Positions 18,988 to 29,700 of a stretch of DNA of 64,000 bases are shown piece by piece; position 1 is the first letter of the stretch, and the number at the start of each line of letters is the position of its first letter. Location: assembly GCA_049325335.1 (NCBI GenBank), contig JBMOMC010000044.1, forward strand, positions 157,704 through 221,703. The letters run 5' to 3'. The stretch comes from Nitrospirota bacterium. GTDB lineage: Bacteria > Nitrospirota > Nitrospiria > 2-01-FULL-66-17. The notes beneath the pieces were generated by a model that ran no database searches, had not been told where the DNA came from, and worked only from the letters and a program-made list of their open reading frames with translations. Made by a program: the position numbers and the translations under genes.

Positions 18988-20055
18988 TTAAATAATCTGT
19001 TCCGCGGTGATACTCTTCTTGCCGATCAGGCCACGCAACTTGGCGAGCGCGCCGGCTTCGATCTGACGCACCCGCTCTCGGGTAAGACCGAACACCTTCC
19101 CGATCTCTTCCAAGGTGTGCGGCTCATCGCCGTCCAACCCGAATCGCATCACGAGCACTTTTTGCTCGTTGGGCTTCAAAATCTTCATCCACCGCACAAT
19201 GTCCTCGCGGCGGCGAATCCCTTCCGTGGTGGCGGCAGGAGAAATCTGCGACGTGTCTTCGATAATGTCCTTCAAGGTGGTATCTTGCGCGCTCCCGATC
19301 GGGCTTTCCAACGAATACGTCTTGCGGATCAACGTCTGCAAGTGCACCACGTCCTCGACCGGAATACGCAGGCGACGAGACAACTCCTTTGCCGAGGGAT
19401 CGCGGTCGTACTCCTGCATCAGGGCGTCCACGGCTTGCAGATAGTGATTGACCCGCTCCACCACGTGGACGGGCAGACGGATCAACTTGCTTTGGTTGAT
19501 GATGGCGCGTTCGATGGACTGGCGAATCCACCATGACGCGTAGGTGGAAAACTTAAACCCGCGGCGGTAGTTGAACTTCTCCACCGCCTTAATCAGCCCG
19601 ATATTCCCTTCCTCCAGAATGTCGGAGAACGGCAGGCCGCGGTTGATATACCGTTTACCAATACTGACCACGAGCCGCAGATTGGACTCGATCATCTGCT
19701 CCCGGGCCTTGGCGTCGCCTTTTTCAATCAGCTTGGCGAGGCGCTGTTCATCGGCGAACGTGAGCAAGGTGGATCGACGGATCTCCTTGAGATAACTCTT
19801 AACGGCGTCCATGGCGCCGCTGGGTTCGGACTCGGGTTCCGGCTCGATAACGGTCTCACGGGCTTCGAACTCAACCTCCTCATCCCCGCCGCCGTCGCCG
19901 GTCCCCTCGTCTTCCATCTCGGTCTTGAGCGGAAACGACTCATCCCCTCCGCCGCCTTCCGACGGTTCAACCGCGGCATCATCGTCCAACGTGACGTCTT
20001 TGGGTTTGCGCGGCCGCTTGGGCAACACGACTTTTCTGGACTTGGGATTAGGCAA
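18988..20055 (-). CDS. Sigma-70 family factor, RpoS/RpoD-like, acidic N-terminus
   Basis: Region 1.2 DAVKSYLKEI, region 2 NLRLVVSIGKRY and KFSTYASWWIRQ, region 4 TLEEIG...TRERVRQIE. Confidence 0.92.
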   Translation of the reverse strand: MPNPKSRKVVLPKRPRKPKDVTLDDDAAVEPSEGGGGDESFPLKTEMEDEGTGDGGGDEEVEFEARETVIEPEPESEPSGAMDAVKSYLKEIRRSTLLTFADEQRLAKLIEKGDAKAREQMIESNLRLVVSIGKRYINRGLPFSDILEEGNIGLIKAVEKFNYRRGFKFSTYASWWIRQSIERAIINQSKLIRLPVHVVERVNHYLQAVDALMQEYDRDPSAKELSRRLRIPVEDVVHLQTLIRKTYSLESPIGSAQDTTLKDIIEDTSQISPAATTEGIRRREDIVRWMKILKPNEQKVLVMRFGLDGDEPHTLEEIGKVFGLTRERVRQIEAGALAKLRGLIGKKSITAEQII

Positions 20056-20332
20056 CGTTGAATCCTCGCGATCCGGATGATCCCTCTTGCCACCGCACGT
20101 CGACGGATTCGACCCGCGCGGCGGAAGGACCGATCCGGAGCCGGCCGATGACCAGATCGATGGACTCGCGCGCGCCCTCCAGTCGGACCTCCACCCGCCC
20201 GTCGCGCAGGTTCCTGGCGTGCCCGCTCAGGCCCATGCGGTTCGCCTCAGCCGCGGCAAAATTCCGATACCCCACGCCTTGTACCTGACCGCTGACCATG
20301 ACCGTGGCTTGGTAGAGTTTGGTTCCGCTCAT
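20048..20332 (-). CDS. acyP: Acylphosphatase
   Basis: VSGQVQGVGYR, RNLRDGRVE, IGPSAARV; start moved to ATG 20332 to avoid the tRNA. Confidence 0.9.
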   Translation of the reverse strand: MSGTKLYQATVMVSGQVQGVGYRNFAAAEANRMGLSGHARNLRDGRVEVRLEGARESIDLVIGRLRIGPSAARVESVDVRWQEGSSGSRGFNVA

Positions 20333-20344
20333 GACAAGAAAAAA

Positions 20345-20418
20345 TCGGGGTGAGAGGATTTGAACCTCCGACACCTAGCTCCCGAAGCTAGTGCGCTACC
20401 AGGCTGCGCCACACCCCG
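20345..20418 (-). tRNA. tRNA-Pro (anticodon CGG), CCA not encoded
   Basis: cggggtgtggcgcagcctggtagcgca-ctagc-ttcggga-gctag-gtgtcggaggttcaaatcctctcaccccga cloverleaf. Confidence 0.96.
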
Positions 20419-20432
20419 TTTTTTCAAAATAT

Positions 20433-20530
20433 GAACCGGAGAACCGGGGAGCGGGCGAAGGGGAGAACTCAACCGCCGAGCACCGACCAGCACTTTCCCC
20501 GGCTCCCCCGCTCGCCCGCTCCCCGGTTCC
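20433..20530. repeat. Intergenic hairpin made of ~8-bp degenerate units (copy C)
   Basis: gaaccgga gaaccggg gagcgggc ... ccccggct cccccgct cgcccgct ccccggtt downstream of ald. Confidence 0.65.
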
Positions 20531-20534
20531 ATTA

Positions 20535-21638
20535 TTACTGCCACGATTCCAGGCGCATCCCATGCGCCTCGGCCACGCCCTGATGCACCACCTTGCCGTG
20601 ATACAGATTCAACCCTCCAAACAACGCGGGATCGGCTTTCAACGCCGGCTCCACGCCGCGTTCGACCAACTGCATCACGTACGGCAACGTCACCGCGGTC
20701 AAGGCCTGCGTGGAGGTTCGCGGCACCGTGCCCGGCAAGTTCGCGACCCCGTAATGAATCACGCCGTGCGCCACGTACACCGGGTCCGCTTGCGTGGTTT
20801 TCTTCGCGGTCTCCACGCAGCCGCCCTGGTCGATCGACACGTCCACGATCACCGACCCCTTCCGCATCTGCGCCACGGTCTGGCCGGCGACCAGGTGCGG
20901 GGTGCGCGCGCCGGACACCAACACCGCGCCCACGACCAGATCGGCCTGCACCACCGCCTGGTGGATCGTGTCCGCGCTCGCGATCAACGTGGTAATCCGT
21001 CCGCGCATCAGATCGTCCACCACCTGCAACCGGTTCGGGTCCCGCTCCAACACCGTGACCCGCGCGCCCAGGCCCACCGCGATCTTGGCCGCGCTGGTGC
21101 CCACCACCCCGCCGCCCAGAATCGTCACGCGCCCGCGTTCCACGCCGGGCACGCCCGAGAGCAACACCCCGCTGCCCCCGTTGGTCCGCATCAAATACGA
21201 CGCGCCGATCTGCACGGCGAGCCGCCCCGCGATATCGCTCATCGGCCGCAGGAGCGGCCGAACCCCGTCCGCCAGCGTGACCGTCTCGTACGCGATGCCC
21301 ACCACCTCGGCCGCCAACAAGGCCTCGGTCATCTTGCGGTCCGCGGCCAGGTGGAGAAACGTAAACAGCGTTTGCCCCTTTTGAATCCAGGGGTACTCCT
21401 TGGGAAGCGGCTCCTTGACCTTCACGATCAAGTCGCACATTTTATACACCGCTTCCGTGGAGGCCACGAGCAGGGCGCCCGCTTCTTCGTACGCGCGGTC
21501 GGCATACCCGCTGCCCTCGCCCGCGCCCCGTTCCACGAACACCTGGGCCCCCAACCGGGTCACCGCGCGTACGCCCGCGGGGGTCATGCCGACCCGGTAC
21601 TCGTGCTCCATAATTTCCCGTGGAACGCCGACCTTCAT
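20535..21638 (-). CDS. ald: Alanine dehydrogenase
   Basis: MKVGVPREI, KVKEP, FTFLHLA, GGGVVG, IDQGGCVET, VANLPG; GGAGG RBS. Confidence 0.96.
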   Translation of the reverse strand: MKVGVPREIMEHEYRVGMTPAGVRAVTRLGAQVFVERGAGEGSGYADRAYEEAGALLVASTEAVYKMCDLIVKVKEPLPKEYPWIQKGQTLFTFLHLAADRKMTEALLAAEVVGIAYETVTLADGVRPLLRPMSDIAGRLAVQIGASYLMRTNGGSGVLLSGVPGVERGRVTILGGGVVGTSAAKIAVGLGARVTVLERDPNRLQVVDDLMRGRITTLIASADTIHQAVVQADLVVGAVLVSGARTPHLVAGQTVAQMRKGSVIVDVSIDQGGCVETAKKTTQADPVYVAHGVIHYGVANLPGTVPRTSTQALTAVTLPYVMQLVERGVEPALKADPALFGGLNLYHGKVVHQGVAEAHGMRLESWQ

Positions 21639-21811
21639 CGCGCCTCCCACCACGGACGTCCGTATCCGATCGGCGTAAATTAGCAGGTCAGCCGTGGCAA
21701 AGTCAAACCACGCCGAGCCCCGCGCGTGACGCCCCATCCCTCGTCATCGCCATGCCCGGCGGCCGCGGAGTGATGGACTTGCGCGGACAAACCCATTACA
21801 GTCAGGGGTCG

Positions 21812-24724
21812 ATGACCCGCGTCTTTCGAGACCGTAGCGTGGTTCGGCGTCCGATGCTCCCGGCGATATCGGCGTACGCGCTCGGTTCCATCCTCGCGTC
21901 CTGCGCGCTCGTCGTGCTCCCCGACACCAAGTACCCGCCGTCATTGACCTGGCGAACGATCGCCACCGAGCACTTCGTGGTCGAATTTCACCAAGGGGAA
22001 GACGCCCTGGCGCGACGCGTCGCGGACATCGCCGAAGACGCGCACCGGCGACTCGTTCCGATATTACACTGGGAACCCGCCGCGCCCACGCACCTGGTCC
22101 TGTCCGACACGTCGGACGACGTGTCCGGCGCGGCCACGCCGATTCCCTACAACGTCATGTACATCAATCTCACCCCGCCGGTCGGGTCGATGTTCCTGAT
22201 CAACTATGACGACTGGCTGCGCCTGGTCATCACCCACGAATACGCGCACATCCTCCACCTGGATACCGCGGGAGATGTCCCCGGCGGGTTGCGCAGGGTC
22301 TTCGGTCGCGTCCCGTTCGTCCTGTTTCCGTTTCTCAGCACCATTCCCAACCTGTGGCAGCCCATCTGGATGGTCGAAGGGCTGGCCACGTATGAAGAAA
22401 CCGAGCTCGGCGCCAGCGATCGACGTGACGGCGCCTTTGCCGACATGATCTTGCGCATGGCCGTCTTGGAAAACGCCTTCCCGACCATCGACCAGGCCGA
22501 CGGACTGGACCGCTGGCCCGCCGGCCACACGCCGTACCTGTTCGGCGCGCGGTTCTACCAGTACCTCGCGTCGCAGTTCGGCGACCACGTTCCGGCCGAA
22601 ATTTCCCGGCTGTACGCGGCGCGGCCGGCGACCTTCTTCGTCGGCGCCACGGCTCAGAGCTTGCTGGGATCGGGGTACGCGCCGATCTGGGAACGGTGGC
22701 GCGAGTCCCTCGTCGTGCGATTCCAAACCGAGCGCGATCACATCAGCGCGCGGGGTCTCACCGTGGGCGTCGCGTTGACCGATCGCGGCGGCATGATCCT
22801 CGGCCCCGCGGCGTCGCCGGACGGCGCGCGCATTGCCTACACCGAACACAATTTCGAAACGTTTCCCTCGTTGCGGATCGTGCAGACCGACGGCGCGGGC
22901 GACCACGAACTCGTCGTTCGCAACTCCGGGTTCCACGTCTCGTGGTCCCCCGACAACTCACAACTCGCCTTCTCCCAGCGCGAGACCTGGAAGAACTATT
23001 CAACCTACGACGATCTGTATCTGACGGACGCGCGCACCGGCCGCGTCCGCCGCCTCACGAGCGGCGCGCGCGCGAGCGACCCGGATTTTTCCCCCGACGG
23101 CAAGACCCTGGTCTTCGTGGGACGCGAACTGGGGCGAAGTCGGCTCGCGACGTTCGACCTCGCAACCGGCGCGATCCGGCCGCTCACCGAGTGGAACGAC
23201 GCCGTCCAGTACGCCACTCCCCGCTGGTCTCCGGACGGCGCGCGGATCGCGGTGACGATCCGATCCAACGGCCGGCAAGACATCGCCCTGCTCGACGTAC
23301 ACACGCAAACGCTCACGCCCGTCACCAACGACTCGGCCCTGGACCTCACCCCGAGTTGGACGCGCGACGGTCGCACGGTGTATTTCACGTCCGACCGGAC
23401 CGGCGTGTACAACGTGTTCGCGTACTCGCTCGTTGACAGGACGCTCTTCCGGGCGACCAACGTGCTGGGCGGCGCGTTCACTCCGACGGCGCTGCCCGAC
23501 GGTCGGATCGTGTTCGCGGACTACCACGCACGCGGTTTTGATCTGCGTATCCATGCGCCGACGGCCATCCCGGCGTCATCGACATCACCGACACCGGACC
23601 GCGCGCAACCGCCGCCCGTGACGCCGACCGTCCCCTCCGCGTCGCGGCCGTACTCCCCGCTCCCCACGCTGGCCCCGCGCTTTTGGGCCCCCGTGCTCAG
23701 CGTCGACGAAGAAGGCGGACAATACGGGGTGACGACCGGCGGGCTCGATGTGTTGGGGTACCACAAGTACGCGTTGACCGCGCTCTATGGGCCCAGCAGC
23801 GGACGCGGCAGCTACGTCCTCACGTATGGATACGATCGGTGGTATCCGTCATTGACCCTCTCGGTATCCGACGTGGCAGCGCTCTACGGCGACTTTTTTC
23901 AGGAACCCAACGGCCGCACCAGCGAATATTGGGAGCAGCGCCAACGCCTTACCGCGGACATCACCCTCCCGATCCTGAAAACACGATGGTCGGCGGCGCT
24001 TTCCGTCGGCTACCGCGGAGAACGGTTGAGCGCGTTACGCGTGACGCCGATCGGCGCCCAGGCCCCGGCCGAAGGCGTCATGACGGGGCTTCGCGCGGCC
24101 TGGCGATACACCGACGCCCACGAGTTCGGTCGCTCCATCAGCCCGGAAGGCGGGCGACGCCTCCTCGCCGCGTTCCAACGCAACGACGAGTCATGGGGCG
24201 GCGACTTCAACACCGTTCGGTATCTCGGCGCGTGGTATGAATACATCAGCCTGCCGCACCTTCCCCATCACGTACTCGCCCTCCGCGCCGTGGGCGGCAG
24301 ATCATCGGGCGACATCCTCCCACAGAGAATGTTTCAACTCGGCGGGGTGGCCCTCTCCGAGGAAGCGGTGGACGGCGACGGCGAGACCGTGTTGCTGCGC
24401 GGCTACCGCGCGCGCGCCATTCGCGGGCAGAAAGTGGCCGTGGGCAGCGCGGAGTACCGGTTTCCGATCCGCAACATCGAACGCGGGTTCACGACCAAGC
24501 CCTTCTTCTTTCAACGCGTGCACGGCGCCGTGTTCGTGGATCACGGCAACGCCTGGGACCTCCGGGCCGATGCGTCCAACTATCGCACCGGGGTGGGAGC
24601 GGAGCTCGGCACGGACATGACCATCGGATACCGACTGCGGATTCGCGTTCGACTCGGAGTCGCGGTCGGCCGCAGCGACGACGGCGTGACGCAAGCGTAC
24701 TTGAGCGCGGGCCACGCGTTTTAG
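21812..24724 (+). CDS. Omp85/BamA-superfamily protein with N-terminal zinc metallopeptidase-like domain and TolB-like PD40 propeller
   Basis: LASC lipobox, THEYAH plus WMVEGLATYEE, repeated PxxSPDG, LRGY barrel lid motif, AEYRFPI, FVDHGNAW, C-terminal F; start uncertain (21812 or 21854). Confidence 0.82.
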   Translation: MTRVFRDRSVVRRPMLPAISAYALGSILASCALVVLPDTKYPPSLTWRTIATEHFVVEFHQGEDALARRVADIAEDAHRRLVPILHWEPAAPTHLVLSDTSDDVSGAATPIPYNVMYINLTPPVGSMFLINYDDWLRLVITHEYAHILHLDTAGDVPGGLRRVFGRVPFVLFPFLSTIPNLWQPIWMVEGLATYEETELGASDRRDGAFADMILRMAVLENAFPTIDQADGLDRWPAGHTPYLFGARFYQYLASQFGDHVPAEISRLYAARPATFFVGATAQSLLGSGYAPIWERWRESLVVRFQTERDHISARGLTVGVALTDRGGMILGPAASPDGARIAYTEHNFETFPSLRIVQTDGAGDHELVVRNSGFHVSWSPDNSQLAFSQRETWKNYSTYDDLYLTDARTGRVRRLTSGARASDPDFSPDGKTLVFVGRELGRSRLATFDLATGAIRPLTEWNDAVQYATPRWSPDGARIAVTIRSNGRQDIALLDVHTQTLTPVTNDSALDLTPSWTRDGRTVYFTSDRTGVYNVFAYSLVDRTLFRATNVLGGAFTPTALPDGRIVFADYHARGFDLRIHAPTAIPASSTSPTPDRAQPPPVTPTVPSASRPYSPLPTLAPRFWAPVLSVDEEGGQYGVTTGGLDVLGYHKYALTALYGPSSGRGSYVLTYGYDRWYPSLTLSVSDVAALYGDFFQEPNGRTSEYWEQRQRLTADITLPILKTRWSAALSVGYRGERLSALRVTPIGAQAPAEGVMTGLRAAWRYTDAHEFGRSISPEGGRRLLAAFQRNDESWGGDFNTVRYLGAWYEYISLPHLPHHVLALRAVGGRSSGDILPQRMFQLGGVALSEEAVDGDGETVLLRGYRARAIRGQKVAVGSAEYRFPIRNIERGFTTKPFFFQRVHGAVFVDHGNAWDLRADASNYRTGVGAELGTDMTIGYRLRIRVRLGVAVGRSDDGVTQAYLSAGHAF

Positions 24725-24734
24725 CCGAGGCGCT

Positions 24735-25184
24735 GTGCGGACGGGCTCTCAACCACACGCATCGCCCGCCGCGGTGAGCCGCCTGACCGCGACGATCGTC
24801 CTCCCCGCCCTCATGGTAACGGGATGCCTTGCAGCGCTGGACACCGACGCCGTGACCATTCCGCCCTCGCGCATCGAACACTTCACCACCAGGCTCTCAA
24901 CCCCCGTGCACATCCCCCCGCTCCTGAAGCCTCCCGTCGCCCACCCCGACTACCCCGACTACGCCATGCGCCATCCGAAACCCGGTATGGTGCTCCTTAA
25001 AATCGATATCGATGCCCAAGGCCGCGTGAGCGCAGTCGAGGTCATCGAGTCCACCAACATCCTCCTGGAATCGGCCGCGCGCCAGGCCGCCCTCCAATGG
25101 TCCTTCGAACCGGCCCGACGACACAGTTTCCCGGTCGCCGCCACCATCGTCGTGCCTGTCGAGTTTACGCAGGGGGAACGGTAG
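24735..25184 (+). CDS. TonB C-terminal domain protein
   Basis: PDYPDYA...GMVLLKIDIDAQGRV...AALQWSFEPA...VPVEF. Confidence 0.82.
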   Translation: MRTGSQPHASPAAVSRLTATIVLPALMVTGCLAALDTDAVTIPPSRIEHFTTRLSTPVHIPPLLKPPVAHPDYPDYAMRHPKPGMVLLKIDIDAQGRVSAVEVIESTNILLESAARQAALQWSFEPARRHSFPVAATIVVPVEFTQGER

Positions 25185-25261
25185 CGACCGGAACGCGTTG
25201 CTCGTCGGCATGCCTCGAATCAATCGGACCGGTCTCGATTCGTACCGGCGGATATCCCCGC

Positions 25262-25306
25262 TTGACAATCGGCTGCTCGCAACTCTACAGTGAGTGAGTA
25301 TTCACT
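25262..25306 (+). promoter_or_regulatory. Sigma-70 promoter with adjacent TetR-type operator palindrome
   Basis: TTGACA-N18-TACAGT followed by AGTGA-GTAT-TCACT (25293-25306). Confidence 0.6.
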
Positions 25307-25322
25307 TCTTCCTGGGCGATTG

Positions 25323-25907
25323 ATGCGTCTACTGACCGAGCACGTCAAACCCGACACCTTCCTCCCCCGGATCATGAAGGCCGCACTCGTCCTTTTTGTG
25401 GAAAAGGGCATCGACGGCGCCACGATCAAGGACATCGCCAAACGCGCCAAGGTGTCCGAAGGCGCGCTGTACCGGCACTTCGCGAGCAAAGACGAACTGG
25501 CCTGGCACTTGTTTTCCACTCATTTGGCCGCCTTCACCGCCCACCTGAATGCAACGGTCTTTGCGCATGAGACGGCCCAAGAGCGCGTGCGGGCGTTCGT
25601 GTCCGAGTGTTTCAAGGCGTTTGACGAACACCAAAATTTGTTCACGTTCCTGATTCTGTCCGAACATCGCGAGCTCAAGAAGTTCCAGGGCCGCGGCCCG
25701 CACCCCGGCCATCTGATCCTCCGGATCATCCGCGAGGGCCAACACGCCGGGGAAATTTCTCCCGGCGATCCATACGTCTTGGGGTCGCTCGCGCTGGGCG
25801 GCATCATCAGAACCTGCGTGGTCCGCATGTACGGCGGTATCACGAAGAGTCTCGCCGCATGCGAGCGCGAAGTCGCCGACCGCTTGTGGAGCATGTTGGC
25901 GCGATGA
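25323..25907 (+). CDS. TetR/AcrR family regulator
   Basis: ALVLFVEKGIDGATIKDIAKRAKVSEGALYRHFASKDEL; start placed at ATG 25323 downstream of the promoter. Confidence 0.92.
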   Translation: MRLLTEHVKPDTFLPRIMKAALVLFVEKGIDGATIKDIAKRAKVSEGALYRHFASKDELAWHLFSTHLAAFTAHLNATVFAHETAQERVRAFVSECFKAFDEHQNLFTFLILSEHRELKKFQGRGPHPGHLILRIIREGQHAGEISPGDPYVLGSLALGGIIRTCVVRMYGGITKSLAACEREVADRLWSMLAR

Positions 25908-26785
25908 ACCGACGATTCGCTATCATCATGACAACCACCCTGCTGCTGTTGGGAATCGCCGTCCACCGGGGTACCGCCTCTCTGAGCGGCGCTCCGGTTC
26001 CTCGCGGTGAAACGGTCGTCCTGCTCCACGGACTGATGACCACCACGTGGCACATGAAACGCATCGAACGGTCCTTGACCCGCCAGGGATATGCGGTGGA
26101 GAACTGGGAATACGACAGCCGACACGGAATGATCGAGGATTATGCCCGCGCGCTGCACGATGTGGTGCGGGCCCTCCCGTCTGATCAACCTCTACACTTC
26201 GTGGGGTTCAGTCTGGGAAGCCTGATCATCCGATACTACCTCGGTCATTACGAAGTTCCCAGCCTCGGTCGGGTCGTCATGATCGGTCCGCCCAACCACG
26301 GCTCGGAATTGGCCGACGTGGTATTCCCCTCGGCGTGGTTCCGCGCCTTGGCAGGGTCCGACGTCACGGCGCAGCTTCGCGCCTCGAACCGCGAGTTTTT
26401 CGACGCACTGGACATACCGTCCGTCCCCGTCGGTATCATTGCCGGCGGACGCGGCGACACCGTCGGCTTCAGTGACGCGTTACCGGGCGATGATGACGGA
26501 CGCGTATCGGTTGAAAGCGCGCGGCTCGACGGTGCCGAGGACTTCATCGTCTTGCCGCACCGGCACGTCATGTTGCTCGTCGCGAACGACACGTTGCATC
26601 AGGTCCTCCGCTTCATCACGAGCGGTCATTTCGATCACGCCGTCTGGAGTCACGCGGCCGGGAACACCTACCACCTGCGTCCCTCCGCGACGAACTCTCC
26701 GAGCGTTGCTATCCTCCCTCGTCAAGAGATGGCGTCCCCCAACCGCGGGACATGGCCACCCCCAGCCCAAGGAGATTCGCCGTGA
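25904..26785 (+). CDS. Exported alpha/beta hydrolase (lipase/esterase-like)
   Basis: VVLLHGL, GFSLG nucleophile elbow, GPPNHGS, DDGRVSV, HRH; ATGA overlap with TetR. Confidence 0.85.
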   Translation: MNRRFAIIMTTTLLLLGIAVHRGTASLSGAPVPRGETVVLLHGLMTTTWHMKRIERSLTRQGYAVENWEYDSRHGMIEDYARALHDVVRALPSDQPLHFVGFSLGSLIIRYYLGHYEVPSLGRVVMIGPPNHGSELADVVFPSAWFRALAGSDVTAQLRASNREFFDALDIPSVPVGIIAGGRGDTVGFSDALPGDDDGRVSVESARLDGAEDFIVLPHRHVMLLVANDTLHQVLRFITSGHFDHAVWSHAAGNTYHLRPSATNSPSVAILPRQEMASPNRGTWPPPAQGDSP

Positions 26786-29700
26786 CTACCGGCACGTACC
26801 GTACATTGCTCACGTCCTGGGGCTTCCAATCGTTTCTGTGGACGCAGTTTCTCGGCGCGTTCAACGACAACGTGTACAAGATCGTGGTGTCCATGCTTGC
26901 GGTGGGCGCGGCCGTGGGCACGGGCGGCAGCGGCGATCTCTCGCTTGTGGGCGCGGTGTTCATCCTGCCGTTTCTCCTGTTTTCCGGGTACGCCGGCCAC
27001 CTCGCGGACACGCTTAACAAGCGCCGGGTGCTGATCGCCACGAAAGTGTTCGAAATTGCGGTCATGCTGCTCGCCGTGGGGGCGCTCGCATCCGGACGCA
27101 TCGAGTGGATGCTCGGCGTGTTGTTCGTGACGGCAATCCAAGCCACCCTGTTCAGTCCGGCCAAGTACGGCATCCTGCCGGAGATGCTGCCCGACCGCGA
27201 TCTCTCGCGCGCCAACGGCGTGTTGGAAATGAGCACGTTCATGGCGATCATCCTCGGCACGTCGCTCGGCACGTTCCTGTTCGCGGCGTGGCGTGACCAG
27301 TTGAGTCTGATCGGGCTGGTGCTGGTCGCTGTCGCGATCGCCGGGACCATGACCAGCCTCGGCATTGCCAAGGTTCACACGCCCACGCGCGGCAAACCGA
27401 TCCCCCGCAACCCGTGGAGCGAGATCGTCGACGGCCTCAAAACGCTCTACCGAGACCGCACGCTCTGGCTCACCGTGGTCGGGATCAGCTACTTCTGGTT
27501 CCTGGGCGCCTTGTTTCAGATGGACCTGCTGTTGCTCGGGAAGGACACGATGCAGCTCACCGACCTTCATGTCGGCCTGCTCGGAACGTTCTTGGCCGTC
27601 GGCATCGGTCTGGGCAGCATGGCCGCCGGCCGGTTATCCGGCGACAAGGTGGAACTCGGGTTGGTGCCCTTAGGTTCGATCGGGATGGGTGTCTGCTCAA
27701 TCTGGCTCGGCTCGTCACCCCACTCGTACGCGCAGGTCTCGGCCCTTCTCGCGGCGCTGGGTTTCTCCAGCGGCCTGTTCATCGTCCCGCTCAACGCGCT
27801 GCTGCAACAGAGGAGCGGCGCCCACGAAAAAGGCCGGCTGATCGCCACCAACAACTTCCTCAACACCATCGGGATCCTGCTCGCCTCCGGAGCGTTGTGG
27901 GGGTGCCGCGACTCGCTGGGCATCTCACCGCAAGGGATCATCCTGCTCTTCGGGTTCGTCACGCTCGGAGCCACCGCGTACATCGTGTGGATCCTTCCCG
28001 ATTTCCTCATTCGCTTTTCGCTCTGGATGCTCACCCACACGATTTACCGCATCCGGCTCGTGGGGCAGGAGCACGTGCCGTTTCGTGGACCGGCCTTGTT
28101 GGTGTGTAACCACGTCTCACACGTGGACGCGCTGTTGGTGGGCGCCTGCGTGCAGCGCTTCATCAGGTTCATGGTGTACAAACCGTACTACGAGCTGCCC
28201 GCGCTGCACTGGCTCTTTTGCGCGATGAAGGCCATTCCGGTCTCTGGCCGCCACCACCGCGAGGTGGTGGACGCGCTCGACCGAGCGCGCGCCGAACTGA
28301 GGGAAGGCCACGTAGTCTGCATCTTCGCCGAGGGCGCGATCAGCCGCACCGGCAACCTGTTGCCGTTCAAGCGAGGATTCGAAAAGATCATGGAGGGGAT
28401 CGACGTCCCGGTGATCCCCGTGCATCTCGACCGGCTCTGGGGCAGCGTCTTTAGTTTCAAGGACGGCAAGTTCTTCTGGAAGTGGCCGCTGCGCGTTCCG
28501 TATCCCGTGACCGTCTCGTTCGGTCAACCGATGCCCGCGACCGCCACCGCCGCCGAGGTTCGACAGGCGATTCAGGAAATGAGCAGCGACGTGGTGGAGC
28601 ACCGCCGCGATACCAACGACCTGCTGCACCGGCGGTTTATCCACGTGGCCAAGCGCCGGTGGTTCTCGTTCTGCATGGCGGATTCGAGCGGCCGGCGCCT
28701 TACCTACGGGCAGACCCTGGTCGGCAGCCTCCTGATCGCGCGATGGCTCACCGCGCACCGTCGCGATGAGCCCATGATCGGCCTCCTGCTCCCGTCATCG
28801 ATCGCGGGGGCGCTGGCCAACCTGGCGGTGTCCTTGGCCGGGCGCGCGCCCGTGAACCTGAATTTTACGGTCGGACGCGAGGCACTGGACTCGTCGATCG
28901 AACAATGCGGCATCCGCACCATCATCACGTCCAGGATCTTCCTGGCCAAGGCCAAGCTGGAGGAACGACCGGGTATGGTCTTCTTCGAGGACCTCGTCAA
29001 GGAGGTCGGTTCTTTCCAGAAGCTCGCATGGTTCCTCGCCGCGGCCCTGTTGCCGTCCCGGACCGTGGCCGCGTTCGCGGACCGGACCGAACCCGATCCC
29101 CGGCGCCTGGCCACTGTGATCTTTTCCAGCGGCAGTACCGGCACGCCAAAGGGCGTGATGCTCTCTCACCACAACGTCTTGTCCAACATCGAATCGCTCG
29201 CGCAGATCTTTTGGGTCACCGGACAAGACCGCGTGCTCGGGGCGTTGCCGTTCTTCCATTCATTTGGATTCACCGGCACGCTCTGGTTTCCCATGCTCTG
29301 CGGGTTTGGCGCGGTCTACCACCCCAACCCGCTGGACGCGAAGGCGTTGGGCGAACTCGTCGCGACCCGTCGCGCCACGATTCTCATCAGCACCCCGAGC
29401 TTCTACAACGCGTACCTGCGCAAGTGCACCAAGGAACAGTTCGCCACCATCCGCTACGCCATGGTGGGCGCGGAGAAACTACGCGAGTCACTCGCCGCGG
29501 CCTTCCGCGAGACCTACGGCATCGAGTTATTGGAGGGCTACGGATGCACCGAAATGAGCCCGGTGGTCGCGGTGAACGTCCCGAACGTGGATCACCGATC
29601 CGAGCATCAGACCGGACTCAAACCAGGCACGGTGGGGCACCCGATCCCCGGCGTGGCGGCCAAGGTGGTTGATCCCGACACCCGCGAACCCCTGCCCATT

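Noticed and set aside
20345..20418. tRNA-Pro as an island integration site
   Set aside because: Flanked by housekeeping genes; no duplicated tRNA 3' end or adjacent integrase seen
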